Shown piece by piece: positions 23,662 to 36,932 of a stretch of DNA of 64,000 bases (positions are counted from its first letter, which is position 1; each line of letters opens with the position of its first letter). The notes under the pieces were generated by a model. That model saw only the letters and a list, made by a program, of their open reading frames with translations, was not told the DNA's origin and did not search any database. The DNA lies in the NCBI GenBank assembly GCA_950097015.1, contig CATNEN010000001.1, positions 14,198,001 through 14,262,000 of the forward strand, in the 5' to 3' direction. Origin of the DNA: Macrostomum hystrix. Lineage: Eukaryota > Animalia > Platyhelminthes. The position numbers were made by a program, and so were the translations under genes.

Positions 23662-25501
23662 TAATAAAGAGCATATTATCTGTAAGCTGTGCAAATATGT
23701 GTAAATAATGACAAACGGCCTTCCAAACACTGGCGCTAACAGACTCCTCAGCTCCAAACCTTATACTCGCTTTTACTATTAGATGAGACTAAGCTAGAAC
23801 ATACAGTGAAAATGGCTAAAAAGTTAGCTAGTGAGAGCTCTACTCTAATCCTAGTGGCCTTTGACCCACTAAATGTAAGTATACAAATCGAATTAATTAT
23901 TGTACGATTTCTATTGTACCTTAAAGACAAAAAATATTTAAAACCAGCAGCAACAGCTACCTTCATATTGCTGCTGAAAGAGGTTAAAAAAACTGAGTCC
24001 GCTGATTATCCACTGATTTGACTTGGTTTTAGGGGAAAGCAAGTACAACATATTTTTAGCACTGAAGGCAAGAGATATTATTGGCTACTGAGACATTATA
24101 TTTAATAAATCGTATAATCACTTACACCAGTCGTGCATTTTTCGCAAGTTTTTATAGCAATGCAAAAATAGTAATTTTATGTTATAACCGGCTCAAAAAA
24201 TATTTCGCAACTGGGTAGGAGTTCTAAGCTTGATGCGGTAAAAGATTAAGTTCAAAAGAATAAACAAAGTGCACAAAATTTGCATGCAGCCTTTATTTTG
24301 TGCGAACATATTTTTAAGAAAATGAAAACACGTATACCAACTTAGGTAGGGTACTAAAAACTGCGGGAATCCAAAGGAAATATATCTTTTTGCTTGTAGT
24401 TTCATGACAGTCTACGCATTTTTATGCGAGCGAAACACACATTGCATACGTAATAAAAATACCAGACATTCAACATACTCTTATAGGCCAGTAATTATGT
24501 TTAACCGTGAAACGCATTTCATGACGGCTAACTAGTTTTCATACCAGCAGCCCACTATGAATCAGCCCACTCGTACTGAACCGAGCTAAAACCCCTCGAT
24601 GCACGCACAGCCCCTGTACCTATCAATGTACTCTAATTAATCTACTTGCAGTCCGAGCAGAATGTGTCGTATGCAGGTATCTTTCATCCTAGAGTATGCT
24701 TTCTCGTTAAACCAAGCAAAGTTGTCCAAAAAACTACTGGAATCTACATGAGCTTGAAATCTGAGTACGAAAAGATGATTATTAAACAGGGTGAGTTTGT
24801 CACATTGCTGCCGAGTGACCTATATTGGGTAATTGGAATCTATAATTTTAATAACTTAATGTTAAGTATATGAGCTGATGAACTTTAAATATATATTTCG
24901 TCAAGAAAAGCAAACACAAATTTACGATAGTCTGAATAGCAAAAGTAAAAACTGATTAATGACAGGCATGAAAAGTTATACCTTTAAATATTAAATTTTA
25001 AATTTTAAATTTAATTCTAAATTTGTAATTATTTAGAAGTAACCTAGGCATTAATTTCTATATTTTAAATTTCCTAGTTAGAACTCATCTTGTGGTTTAC
25101 TTCTTCATTGTTAACCCTTGTAGCACTGAAGCTATTAATAGCACTAAATTCTAGCTAAAAACCCATTACAGTAAAGTTCTCACACAAAGTCGCCTTAGCA
25201 AATGTAGACCCACTTGGTTCTTGATTTCTTAGCTCATACGTAACCTCGTGCGAAACGTCGCACTTTAATAGAACTTATCACTTACAGTATCTAAAATTAT
25301 TTAACCCATTTAATTATCGAAATCTGGACTAAATTTTTATATACCGCATTCTATGTAATAGCTGTAGTTGATTTATTCTATGCGTTAAATTATGAAAAAA
25401 AACATTTAGCTTTCTCAACTTGTGGATTAAAAAATTTACATTTCGTTTTAAAAATGTTCAAAACGAACCTTTAATACCCTTGTAGAAAAGTCGAGAATAT
25501 G

Positions 25502-28500
25502 TTAGCTACTGTCATGCGCTTCCCCATATGAAACGCGCCTTCGGCGTTGTTGAATGTCATCAGGCTGCAACTTCTCAAGCAGCTCAGCGGCTGTTAGACG
25601 TTGACGCGGATCAATGCGAAAACAGCCTTCCAATACTGCCTGCAACTGAGGATTTTTCAGACGATCCAAAAGAGGCAGTTTAACGCCAGTGCCCGTATAA
25701 TACTTCATGACATCATGGTCCGATTTATCTGCCATGGGTGTCTCCCCAGTTACGATCTTGTAGACCAGAATGCCTAGAGACCATATGTCACTTTTTGGTG
25801 TTGGATTACGCTGACTTAAGCCATATTGAAACAACTCTGGGGCCTTGTAGTGGGCGTCTCTCAGCATCGGATTACTTTTTGGCTGCATTCGGTCAGCCAA
25901 CAAATCATGAAGGCCTTGAAAACCTTTTAGCATTACTTGGTTATCAGCAATGTAGACGCTACTACATGTCAAGCAGCCATGCACAAAGTTTAGCTTGTCG
26001 TGTAGCTCTTGCAGTCCGCGCAGGACGCCCCGAACAATGAACTTGTGTAGTTCCGATTTTTCATCCTGCAACTCATTATGACGACCATATTTGTAATGTT
26101 GCGCCAACAGCTCAGGTAGGTGCCACTTAGCGTAGCGATGTACGATGCTTAATTCTACCTTGTCTTGTTGACGTGAGATTTCGAATCCGACTGGCCAAAG
26201 AAGATGCGAAACATTTGTGCTTATCTGGCTCCGCCAGTTTAACTTGTATAGCTTCTTTATTAGCTCCATCAGGCAAAAAAGCTCTTGCGTAATATTATCC
26301 TGGCTAACAGACCAGCTAATGCGTTTTCTTGAAAACCAGCCATATTGAGTTTCAATGGCTTCAACCAGCCAGGAGTTTTTACCACTTTCATCATTCCACT
26401 GACACTTTATCCGTCTAGGGTCTGTTAGCTCCTCAATGCCGTTTGAGCTGTACGCACTTTGTCCGCCTTGTTCGACGAATTGGCTATTGTTCCTGAATAG
26501 TGAAATAGAGTTTTAGTATAATATTATAAAAGTAAAAACATAAATTTTGCGAGAAATAATTTCTTACCTAGCTGTAGACATACTGATATTGAAGTTCTCT
26601 AATAACGATACTGCGGGTGCACTGCTTCCAGCCATTGATACACTACTTCTAAAACGTGTTTTTTCGATTTGGGAAGAAATTTCATGCGCTTCATTCGAGT
26701 CAAAAAAGTTCTCTTTATTTAAGATTCCTCTCTCTGATGCAGAGTCGTCCAGTCCATGGCCATCTTCTGCTTCCTCATGGCAATCGGCATCAAGCATGAT
26801 CTCGTCACACTGACCGATAACATTGTATTGTGAATCTAAATCGCTTGAAAAACTTAGGTCGTTATTCCAAATACTACGCCCTACTTCGTCTGGACTAATG
26901 GAAGATTCATTTTCGAAGCCCTCAGGAGAGAGCAAATTTCGCAGAGAAAATGTTTTTAATACTTTCATGTGCTTTCCACAAACGGCAAGTCGAATCGCGG
27001 TTGCTCCCTGAAGGTTAATAGCATTTGGGTTGCAGCCATGGTCCAGCAGATAGCTAACAACATCTGCATAACCCCGAGCTGCAGCCATCATTAGGCCTGT
27101 CGAATTATCAGCATCAGGTGCATCAAGATCTGCTGTAGAACTCGCCAAGATTTCTAGCAGATCAAGGCGACCGGACTGGCATGCCAAGTGAACGCATGTA
27201 CTTTTGTTTCCTCCAGGGGCGTTAGGATCAGCGTTACGTTGAAGTAGTAAACTAGCAATTGGTACGTTGCCCTGGTTGCAAGCGTAAAGCAATGCTGAGT
27301 TTCCAGCATTATCAATCGCTTCGATCGTCTCTGCGCCTTCTGGCTGTGAAATAAAAAGTTTAACTATCGTTTCGTGACCACCGATGCAAGCCAGATGAAG
27401 AATAGTTTGCCCACGACCATTCACCGGCGCTGCTGCTAGTTTCCCTGTTAACAGATGTGGCAGCAGATTCGGATGACCGCGAAGGGCAGCAACATGACAT
27501 GGCATATTTTTTCTATCGTCCATTTTATCAGCAGAGACTTTTTGATCCAGCATGTAACGCACAACATGCAGATGGCCCTGAGAAACAGCCGCTGTCAGCA
27601 TATCCTGTATGTAATTGGAGTGCTCATCTGAGTAATTTTTCAGCAAATAGGCCACCACACACAACCTTCCATATCTACCAGCGGCTTGAAAGACTCCACG
27701 TAAGGGTGCCTCGGTCTGTACTTCATTGAGATAGATTAAGACGTTTAAATGGCCACCGGCACAAGCAAGGGCCATGCAGCGCGATAATGTTTTCGAAGGA
27801 AGAGGGCATACCAGTGCCATCATTATTTTTAACAAATCATTCCAACCTCTATAGCAGGCGATGCCGAGAATCGATGGCTTTTTTGGAGCAATCTGCAGTA
27901 GCTCTCTATGAATAGAGTTCCCTATTTCGACAAGTATTCTACTGTTTCCTTGCTGTGCAGCAATATGGGCTACTGTGACGCCATTCTTATTCTCAAGAAA
28001 TGCGGCTTCTTGGCTGCACTCGGACAACAAAAGTAGAAAAATGCAGCGGCTGCCCTGTTCTGCAGCGATATGAAGAGCTGTATAACCATCCTTGTCTTGC
28101 TGGCCGACTTTAAGGCCTCGCTTAAGAAGCCATTCAACCAAAATGTGGTTTCTGTTCTTCGTGGCAACCATAAGTGCATCGTAACCATCTGAGTCGGTTG
28201 AGTAAACAGTTGCATCTTTTTTGTACAACATTTCGGCCATTCCTGATAGGTTTTTGGTAACAGCTAAATGAAAGGGAGTTCGATTTTGCTTGTCCAAGCA
28301 ATTAACATCGGCGCCCATTTCAACAAGTTTGATTGCTAACGGTATTAGATTGCTTTCCGAACAGGCGTGAAGTAGATAAGAACCGTCGCTACACGGAATT
28401 CTGTGGCCAGGTATGGCGTACAGGAATTTCTCAACGAAGGCGGACTTCTTGGCTCGCAAAGCTCTTTGAAGGGCGTCCAAAATGAAATTTTGGTTCCTTG

Positions 28501-31500
28501 TTGTTCTGCGGGCATTCTGGAGAAAATCTAACGATACAGCAGTCTGGCTGTGCTCTTCTAAAAGGGTCAAAATGTCGAGACGATAAGACTCGAACGCAAG
28601 AGTCCATGCAGAGTGTCCTTCATTGTTCTCTATATCCCACCGCGCTCCATGACGAAGCAGTGTAAGAACAAGACCCAAGCAACCGCTTTTGACTGCTAGC
28701 ATTAGTCCAGTGTTTCCACCGTCATCTTGCCAGTCGATTGGTGATTCTTGGTCTTCTCTTATCCTAAAATTGTCTAACAGAAGATCAGCACAAAGTCGGT
28801 GACCGCCTGAGCAGCATAAATGAAGCGCAGTTTGTCCGATCGTGTTTTTGCATAGCAGGTTCTGCCCGGCATCAATAAGTATGCGAACGCACACGTGATG
28901 ACCTTCTTTAGCAGAAGCCATAAGGGCGTTATTATTGCTTTTGTCCAAAATATCTTTGTTGCACTCGGGAAGACTAAGAAGTATGGCTAGTGTTGACTGG
29001 TGACCGAATTTTGCAGCAATAAGTAGCATGGTGTCACCTTCCGAGTTTCGATTATTTAGATCCAATACGCTGCATAGAGTCACAGCAACATCAGGACAGT
29101 CTCGGGGAGACTTCAACAGCAGAGACAAACAGCTTTCACAATCTCTTGTCAAGGCACCAACTAAATCCTGCCTGCCACTGTGTCGAGCAACAATTGCGCT
29201 GTGGCCACGTTTTGCTGCTAGGTGCAAAATGTTCTCACTTAGGGTCGGAGTAAGCCTCCTGTCGAAACAAAAATTCTCTTGTAAAAACTGCACAACACTG
29301 TCGTTGCCGCGATCTGCAGCTAGCATCAATGGAGTCATGCCATTTTCGTCAGGTAAATCCAAACTCGCGCTATGCTCCTTTAAGAGTTGCACAACCGCCA
29401 ATGCGCCTTTTGAGGCTGCTTTGTGAACCGCCGACTGTCCAAAACAGTCTGTCATATTTACGGATGCCTTACACTCTTTCAGGAGAAACTCGACACTCTT
29501 TCGTAAGCGCCCCTTCGCAGCAATAATTAGTGGGGTTTCTTTGTCGTTATTCGGCTCGTCCATCGGCAGGCCGTATTCCTTAAGTCGCCTCAAATTCGTG
29601 TAGTTGCCGCGTTTGGCAGCATAGTGTACGCAGCTTTGCATCTTATTGTCCCGAAAGTGGAAAGAATTCAGCTCATCCGCCGAGTAAAGTTTCTCGAAGA
29701 CCTCGAGGGACTCCGGCTCGCCAGGGTTTCCGCTTTCGCACGCAAGCATCAGAGGGGTGGCACCAGCAGCATCAGTTTGCATCGTGTTGCTGCCCATCAT
29801 TAACAAGTGCTGAATGCATCGAAATTTGTTTCCCACGCAAGCAAAGTGTAGCGCATCCCTACCGTCGTTATTATGCAAATGTATGTCACACTTGAATTTG
29901 CACAACAGCTGTACGATGTCGTCGTGACCGGCCTCAGCGGCCAACATCAAAGCCGTGTTTCCAAGTTTGTCTCGTGAGTCGCAATTCACATCATTTTCAA
30001 GCAAAAGTTCGGCTACATCAAAGAATCCATTCTTTGCCGCAATGTGCAGCCCTCCTTGTAGGTCGTAATTCTTCGCATCCATGTGGCAGTCGTGCTTCTG
30101 CAGGACTTTCAGAGCTTCTAGTTTGCCTTTAAAGCAGGCATTTATCGCCGCTGTGTTTCCCGAATTCTCACGCACGTGCACGTCAGCTTTGTGCTCAATA
30201 GCCAGGATAAGCATATCAACGTTACCGTTGATCGCACAAAACGAGATAATGTTTTGGCCCTCGGAGTTGACATGCTCGACTCTGCAATGTGATTTTAGAA
30301 GCAGTTTGACGCATTCAAGGCGGTCTTCCTTAGCTGCTATTAGCAAGGGAGTCATTCCATCGCTCGCTTCCTCGTCGAGAGGTGAGTTTTTCTCTGCTAA
30401 GAAGTTCAGAAGCTCCGGTGACGGAAACCCGGCTGCAAAATAGGCTGGAGTTTTTCCCTGATAGTTTGCTGAGTTCATCCTACAGTTGTGGTCGCTTAGA
30501 AACTTTGCAACTGTAACGCTGTTGCACAACGAGGCCTGGAGGATTGCTGTATCTCCTTTCCAGTTAGGATGTTCCAGGCTTCCTCCTGCTTCCTGCACAA
30601 TCTGGAGCAGTTGCTTCTCTCCAAGCGAGCTGAGAATCAATGCTGGAGTGTCACCTTTATGGTTTGCGTGGCTGAAGTTGGCCCTAAGTGTTTTCAGTAA
30701 ACGTAGCACACTTTCGGATCGAGGCTGGCAAGCCATCAGAAGAGGGGTGTTCCCATCACGGTCTTCCTTCTCCATCAGATCCTTTCCATCCGGTTCGCGT
30801 GTTAAAATCGCCGCTAAAATTTCTGTTCGCAGTCTTTGAGCAGCACGATGCGCTAAAGAATTCGGACCTGAAGTTCTTTGTGTTCGTTCATGATTCCAAA
30901 GGTGTTCGAATAGCTCGAAACACCCACCATCAATGGCAGCCTCAAGGAGAGTTTCGCCTACTTTTGTCACAACCAGCAGGTCGCAGCCCAGGTGCTCCAA
31001 GTATAGCAGGATGTCATGGTGCCCACCAGCCGCTGCCATGTACGCAGGCGATCGACCGCGTTCGTCTTGTTTATTTATGTCGGAGCCAAATTCACACAGT
31101 AGCTTTACCATGTCGAAGCAGCCGTTATAGCAGGCATGAAACAGAGGCCTTACACCTTCTTTATCAGGTGTATCAACCGGAACGTCACGGGCACATAAGA
31201 ACTTCAGCACATCTACTTGCATGTAAGCGCACGAAGTTAGCACTAAGTCAGATACGGACTCTAGTTCTGAAGTTAAGCTTACACCCTGCTCCGCAAGCAT
31301 TTGCAAGATTTTGATCCAGCTTTTCTTGCAGGCTTCAGAGCAGCAGATCTTATAAAAAATTTCATGTTCCGTGAGTCGGAGCTCAGCCAATGCGTCGTAC
31401 CTGGCTTTTAACTGCTCTATTACCTCGATATGGCCATGCGCAAGAGCGAAGTCAAACGCCGTGTATCCGTCATGATTTTTGGCGTGCGGATCGGCTGAAT

Positions 31501-31939
31501 GGTTTAAGAGGTGAATCACTATAGCATGATAGCCCGACTGGCAAGCACACATGAGAGGCGTGTTGCCAGCCGCATCTGTGGAATTCACTTTTATGGAAGG
31601 ATTCCTCAATAGGGCCTGAGAGGTGCTAGCATGTCCGACAAGTGCTGCTAGGTGCAGTGGTGTCAACTTGCTCGACTCGAGAACGCAGTTAGGATCGGCG
31701 CCGCTCTTCAGTAGTTCTTGAACCAAGGACCACCGGCCTAAGGCTGAGGCTAACAACAAAAGTTCTTTCTCCAAACCTGAATGTTGAATCCGACGCAGCT
31801 GCTGCATCACAGGCTCCGAGCCTTCAAGCCATTGCTTGCAACGTCCAAAGGCATCCTTGATTTCCTGAATCGGGGTTTCGATGCGAGGCAGCTGGTTCTG
31901 TGTCTGCTCCTCGATTCTGTTGAATATCGTATTCTCCAT
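25502..31939 (-). CDS. Ankyrin-repeat plus C-terminal pseudokinase protein, ~2120 aa; coding exons 31939-26568 and 26492-25502
   Basis: Tens of ankyrin repeats (TPLHLAA, GNTPLMCAC and similar). A 75-bp GT-AG intron at 26493-26567 joins the 1810-aa ORF in frame to the kinase ORF (6363 nt in total). Kinase motifs YKAPE and KSDIWSLG are retained, but HRD is HGC and DFG is GFQ. An acceptor at 31967 suggests a 5' UTR intron before the ATG at 31939. Confidence 0.85.
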
Positions 31940-32720
31940 CTTTCGCTGCTTGCTTTCACTGCGAGCCTGAAAATAAATTGTGTTTTTTGTTTTCACATTT
32001 AGGCGGTGTTAAACAAAAATTTTTCAACTTTGACATACGTTTAACATACCAGGTTATTCTCGTAGGTTATTCTGCTTATTCTCTTTCTTTTTGTCAAGTC
32101 TGAGCACACACTGCCCCAATTGTGAATAGTTTGGAAGTAATCTTGCTTGCACTAGTCCTACTACAGAAATAAACGTCAGTGGGGTGGGTTTAGCAGAGAG
32201 AATTCACACAAAGCGCACTGGTAAACGAGAGAAGAAAGAGAATAAAAATTTCTACCCAGTTTGAAAACTAGAATGCTTGTATGGCATTCTTATTAAATAT
32301 GTTTTCATGCATTTTTTCATGAATCAACTGGCTATTATACTGTCGTTAATTTTTTTTTGTTTTCCACTCAAAGTTGCTCGTAAACTTTTATTGCTTTGAA
32401 CAGGGGATATTTTTATGCAACGAGAGAACACTTTGTGAAACAACACAATAAAACGGAACGCTAAAAATCAGTTACAATTTAAAAAGTCCGGTGAAGGGAA
32501 AAGGCTTGAGCACTAAGGGACAAGTTCATGGAGCACCCAGATTATGAGAATTTCTTTCAGCGAGGCGATAACTCTAAATTATACTTCCCTTCCCTCGTAT
32601 CGTAGTGTCATCAGTCGAAACTTCTGCTCTTTTTGAAAAATGACTTGCAAAAAGCTTCGAACTTTAGAAAGTGAACAACTTTTCCCAAAAAAATGTTTTT
32701 TTTGCTTTTTAACGATTTAA

Positions 32721-33299
32721 CCACAGAATACACCAGAATGCTCAATCAAGCTCCCGCGAAAAAATGAGGCAAAAACTATTCGCTAGCTACGCTATTTCTA
32801 AGGTGAAGCGATTTGTGAGCAGTGCTGGCTTGGAAAGGAATGGCTTTCATCTCTCTCATCTTTGTGCACACGCCTGCGTTTACATCACTGGTGCAAAGCT
32901 CAATAGGTATTACTTCGAGCTGTCATGAAGCGCGGAGCTCACAGTAAGAGTACAGGTTCAGCAGAACAACAAAAGCTGCGACGCCTGTTATCCGCTAAAG
33001 TATTGGTTGCCTGTTGTTTGAGGCTTAAACTGCTGGTCATACTGCTGTTTTTAAACTGTTCTAGTTTGCGTTGAATGTTCACAATTAATATCTACATTTT
33101 CATGTCGCTACAGCTGCACATATGCAATCGGGACCTTCCGTCCATAAAAATATTCCCCCTCGAATGGACGTACAAAAAGGTGACTACTTCTCAAATTTCA
33201 GTACTACTTATCTCTTCTTCACCTCAGGAGTAGTGTCTATGGTTTTGTATTTCGGCTCTCGATTTCGAAGCTGATTGAGCATTCTGGTGTATTCTGTGG
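32721..33299. mobile_element. MITE-like non-autonomous element with 28-bp perfect terminal inverted repeats
   Basis: ccacagaatacaccagaatgctcaatca at 32721-32748 and its exact reverse complement at 33272-33299; no clear TSD. Confidence 0.75.
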
Positions 33300-34435
33300 A
33301 TTTACGAGCCTTTCAATATGGAGTTATTAAAAACCGTTTAACACAAGGCCCAGCAGTGTTCAGAAAAATAATTCTAAAATAAAAATTGAGTCTTCGGCAT
33401 GAAAAGGTTTTAAATTAAGCAGGTATTAAATACGAGCATTAAGCTGTCAAAGGCTTCACAAAGTCAAATATGACAAGAGTATATATACTACGAGTACATA
33501 TCGCACAGTTAGGATTTCTGCATGATATAACAAATATGTTTTATCCACTCACTGGGGAGTTCCAGGCTACGCAGCTAGGCACTTAGACCGAGTACTGAGT
33601 GTTGCTTGTGTTCGCTGTCTTTTTGCTGTTTGTAATGCGCCTAGAAAATAATACTTTTTTGTTTGAAGAGAAGGAATGCATCGTTTCTTTTATAGAATTT
33701 TGAGTACCTTCTGAGACTCCTGACATAAAGTAATAAAGGCTTTTATGATAATTGCTCGCACCCACCTTTTTAATGTGGGTTCGTGCGTACTGTAGTGAGT
33801 ACAGCTATTATACTCATGTCACATGATGCATTGTAGACTTTAGGAATCCACTTTAAGAATCCTTTCCAGTGCTAAATGTGTTGTTTAATAAGGAAAATGG
33901 CAATAAAAAGCTTTTTATCACTTTCATAGTTTAAGTGATAGCTTATTTGACCAAGTGAGGCTACCATGGACCTTCTTATTCTACTAAAAAATCTGTATTT
34001 TGTCACTGCTAAAAATAAATATTTTATGCATTAATTCTTCTGCTTTTTAGCGCGGCTATGATCCTAGATCTTCAAGCGTATCTAAATAACCTAACTAATA
34101 TACAAGTTACTTCGATAATTTTTTATTAAAGCTAAAAAGCAGGCCACTTTTTAGATGTAGTTTACTAACAACTTTTTAGCTACAATTAAATATGACTTGA
34201 TTTCATAAATACTTTTCTAAGAAAAGAGGGCTACAACAAAACAGGCGACTTTATCGCGCATGTAAATACGACGGAGCAGTAAAGTACGTCTTTTCGAGCT
34301 GTCTATGGTCTAACATAAAAAATTTCACCTCAACATTTTGATTTTAATTATTTTATACCTGCCCCATTGTGCCAGATGTGCAGCCGACAGCAAATCTTGC
34401 CGGCTGAATATCAGATGCTCCTGAAGGTTGCGTAC

Positions 34436-34650
34436 AGGAGTTCAGTCCATGGACTGGAGGGGCGCCACGCCCACCCTCAATTACCACAGCAAATACTGGT
34501 ATCCATTTAACAACTGCAGGGTGAACTGAACAAATGCATATTTGAGTGTCTTGCTAAAGAAAACAAATTGTTCCAGTGGAGTCGAGAATCAAACACCCCA
34601 CCTTTAAGTCGTGAGTCCGACGCTCTAACCACTCGGCTACAACGCCAGCC
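34436..34650 (-). mobile_element. tRNA-derived SINE family A (CORE-like middle)
   Basis: A-box TAGCCGAGTGGT, B-box-like GTTTGATTC, then TTTAGCAAGACAC..CAGTTCACCC..TTAAATGGATACC..CCAGTCCATGGACTGAAC; homologous to 41478-41690. Confidence 0.8.
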
Positions 34651-35676
34651 TAGTGTCAGGTCTTCATATGGTCCATATGGTTGTCCATAACAATTGATTA
34701 TTACGTTTTTAACAAATAGACTACCAAACCATTTTGTCATTTTACCAAACCGTTTTTATACCAAGGCGTCCAGAAACGAGGATCGAGAACATAAGCACGT
34801 CGCCCGAACGTGCCAGCATAATCTCCGACTTCGGTAGTCGGCTACCTTTCCAGTTGCACACCTTTATCTCGACGGAGCCGCTGGACCTTCAACAAGTGGC
34901 ACCAGCCGAATATGGACTCCCTAATGACAATTTCTCCCATTTCACTGTTCAAGCCTTAATATGGGATGAAGCTTAGCCACAAAACCTTCGCCTAGTCTTT
35001 TAAACAATCAGTCGCCACCCCGAGGTCGTCAGCACCGTCAGCAGGGTGCCTCCAGATAGCTATGGAGTCCCTAAAGCGATTTTTTCTACTTTCGCTGATA
35101 AAGCCTTGATCTTGGCCTAAAATAGACTTATTACTTTTTGAAGATCAAACAGTCCGTCTAGATAAAGGTTGGTGACCACCGAAGATTGAGATGACGCAGG
35201 CACATTCGGGTGACATGCTGATAAATTTTGAAGCCCTGGAAGGCCAAATTGTGGCGCGTTCAATATCTCAATGGTCTGAAGGGCAGGCGACTTAATGCTT
35301 GATTCAGAAGATGCGCAGCAAAAAGTTCGCCCGTTTTTTGAGTTTCGTGTGATTGCGTTGCTCCGTTCGAGTGCAGCAAAAAAATTTCCGGGTGGGGAAA
35401 AATTACTTCTGTTAATTTTCATGCCTTTGATTTGCATATCATTAAAGGCACTGTGAATTTGCCCTCCTAATTTAAATAAAACTAATCGAATAAAGGTCAA
35501 CGTCAAAGTGTAGCAAAATTGATTAATGAATTTGTAGTTTCTTAAGTAATGTGCGGTCTTTTCAAGCTAAATTTTTCTTTTCAGCATATATCACGTACGC
35601 GTATATTTTTAAGTCAGCATAATGTACTGGATTTACAGTCTACGCAGTGTGACCAAAGTATTGGTCGACTTAAAGA

Positions 35677-36932
35677 TCAAAGCAAGCCTCTCTGGCAGCC
35701 AGTAAGTCCTAGAAGTCCTAGCGCAGCAATGCCCGCCAGTTTAACCACAAACGACTGTCTGCTGCCACTGCCGCTGCTCGAAAATGCGAAAGGACGACCA
35801 CACACAGCGTACCAGTGTAGGTCAATGCCAATCGATGGTTCGCATGTCGGATCGAGGACATCTCGCGTAGCCGTCGACATATCAGTGGCACACAGGTACA
35901 CTCGACGTTGACGACCACTGGCTGACAGATCAGTAACATCACTGAGACACTGGCCAATCGGAGACAGAGGCTGATGAAACCCGACACTCTTCTGGGCTGC
36001 AGGATCAGCAAAGATAGCCACAGATAGAAGAATTGAGAAATATAGTAGACCGACTAATCCAATGCTCCAGTCGGCCTGTTGCTTAGGTTCCGACAACGAA
36101 TCGGATGATAAAGTCATTGCCGCAATAACAATGGTTGCCATTGCAACTAGCATGACAGCTAGGGTAGCTCTAGTTGGCACTCCGTGGCCAACGTATTGAT
36201 CGAGCGGCAGGGTGATGAGAACCATGGCAGGCGTGCTAAATACGCATGCCAGTAGAGCGCCAAAGCGTTTACTGGACGCTAGCAGCAATGCAAAGCAGAA
36301 CGGAAAAGCGACTGCAAACATTCCGTTGCCAACGGCGACGCCCATCAGCCGATCGTCTAGTAGGGGGTCGGAGTCGTGCCAGGTATAGGCAATGAACCTG
36401 ACACAGACAGCGTCCATTGGAAAGAGCAGTAGGAAGGCCAGCAAGCTGGTAGCCGCAGCGCGTCCGATGCAGCTGTTCCAGCCACAGTGTCGCAGAGAAT
36501 CAGCAGAGTGGCACGCAACGTAGATAAAAAATCCATAAAGCGCCGGCTGCCAAGCTGGCAGGCGTGGACTTAGCATCAGCCAGGCTTGAGCGTGCCAGAA
36601 GTTATTGACGATCGGCAGGTTGGTGAAGATGATCTCGTTAACAGCGCCAGCAACTGTGGCCGCCAGCAGAACCGATAGCTTTCCGCGACTGCTTGCGTGA
36701 AGTGCTAGGAACAAGTAGAGAGTCAGTGTGGTCAACTCCAGAGCTAAAAGCACCGGTGAGTCCTTTGTTGAAGAGTGAAGGTTACTTAGAATTATGTAAT
36801 AGAGTGACGTGCACTGCATTTTATTTCTCAAGTTTTCCAAAGACATACACGGTAGACTTGGTTTATGTTGTTGACGTGTCGCCATGGATACCGGCTATAA
36901 TCCGGCTTGATGTTGCCCTGGCTCTCAGGCAT
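35677..36932 (-). CDS. Multi-pass membrane protein, ~389 aa, paralog of 38123..41205; exons 36932-36849 and 36762-35677
   Basis: Shares motifs NNFWHAQAWLMLSPRLP, TWHDSDP and GV..G with the neighbour. An 86-bp GT-AG intron gives the N-terminus MPESQ..YPWRHVNNINQVYR|DSP, which aligns with the paralog's exon 1. Confidence 0.8.

Noticed and set aside
34560-34650. tRNA genes at the SINE heads (also 39010, 41480, 50355)
   Set aside because: No complete cloverleaf; each continues into a repeated SINE body.
35677-36885. Intronless retrogene interpretation of the 402-aa ORF
   Set aside because: A hidden 86-bp intron at the same position as the paralog's intron 1 gives a homologous N-terminus.
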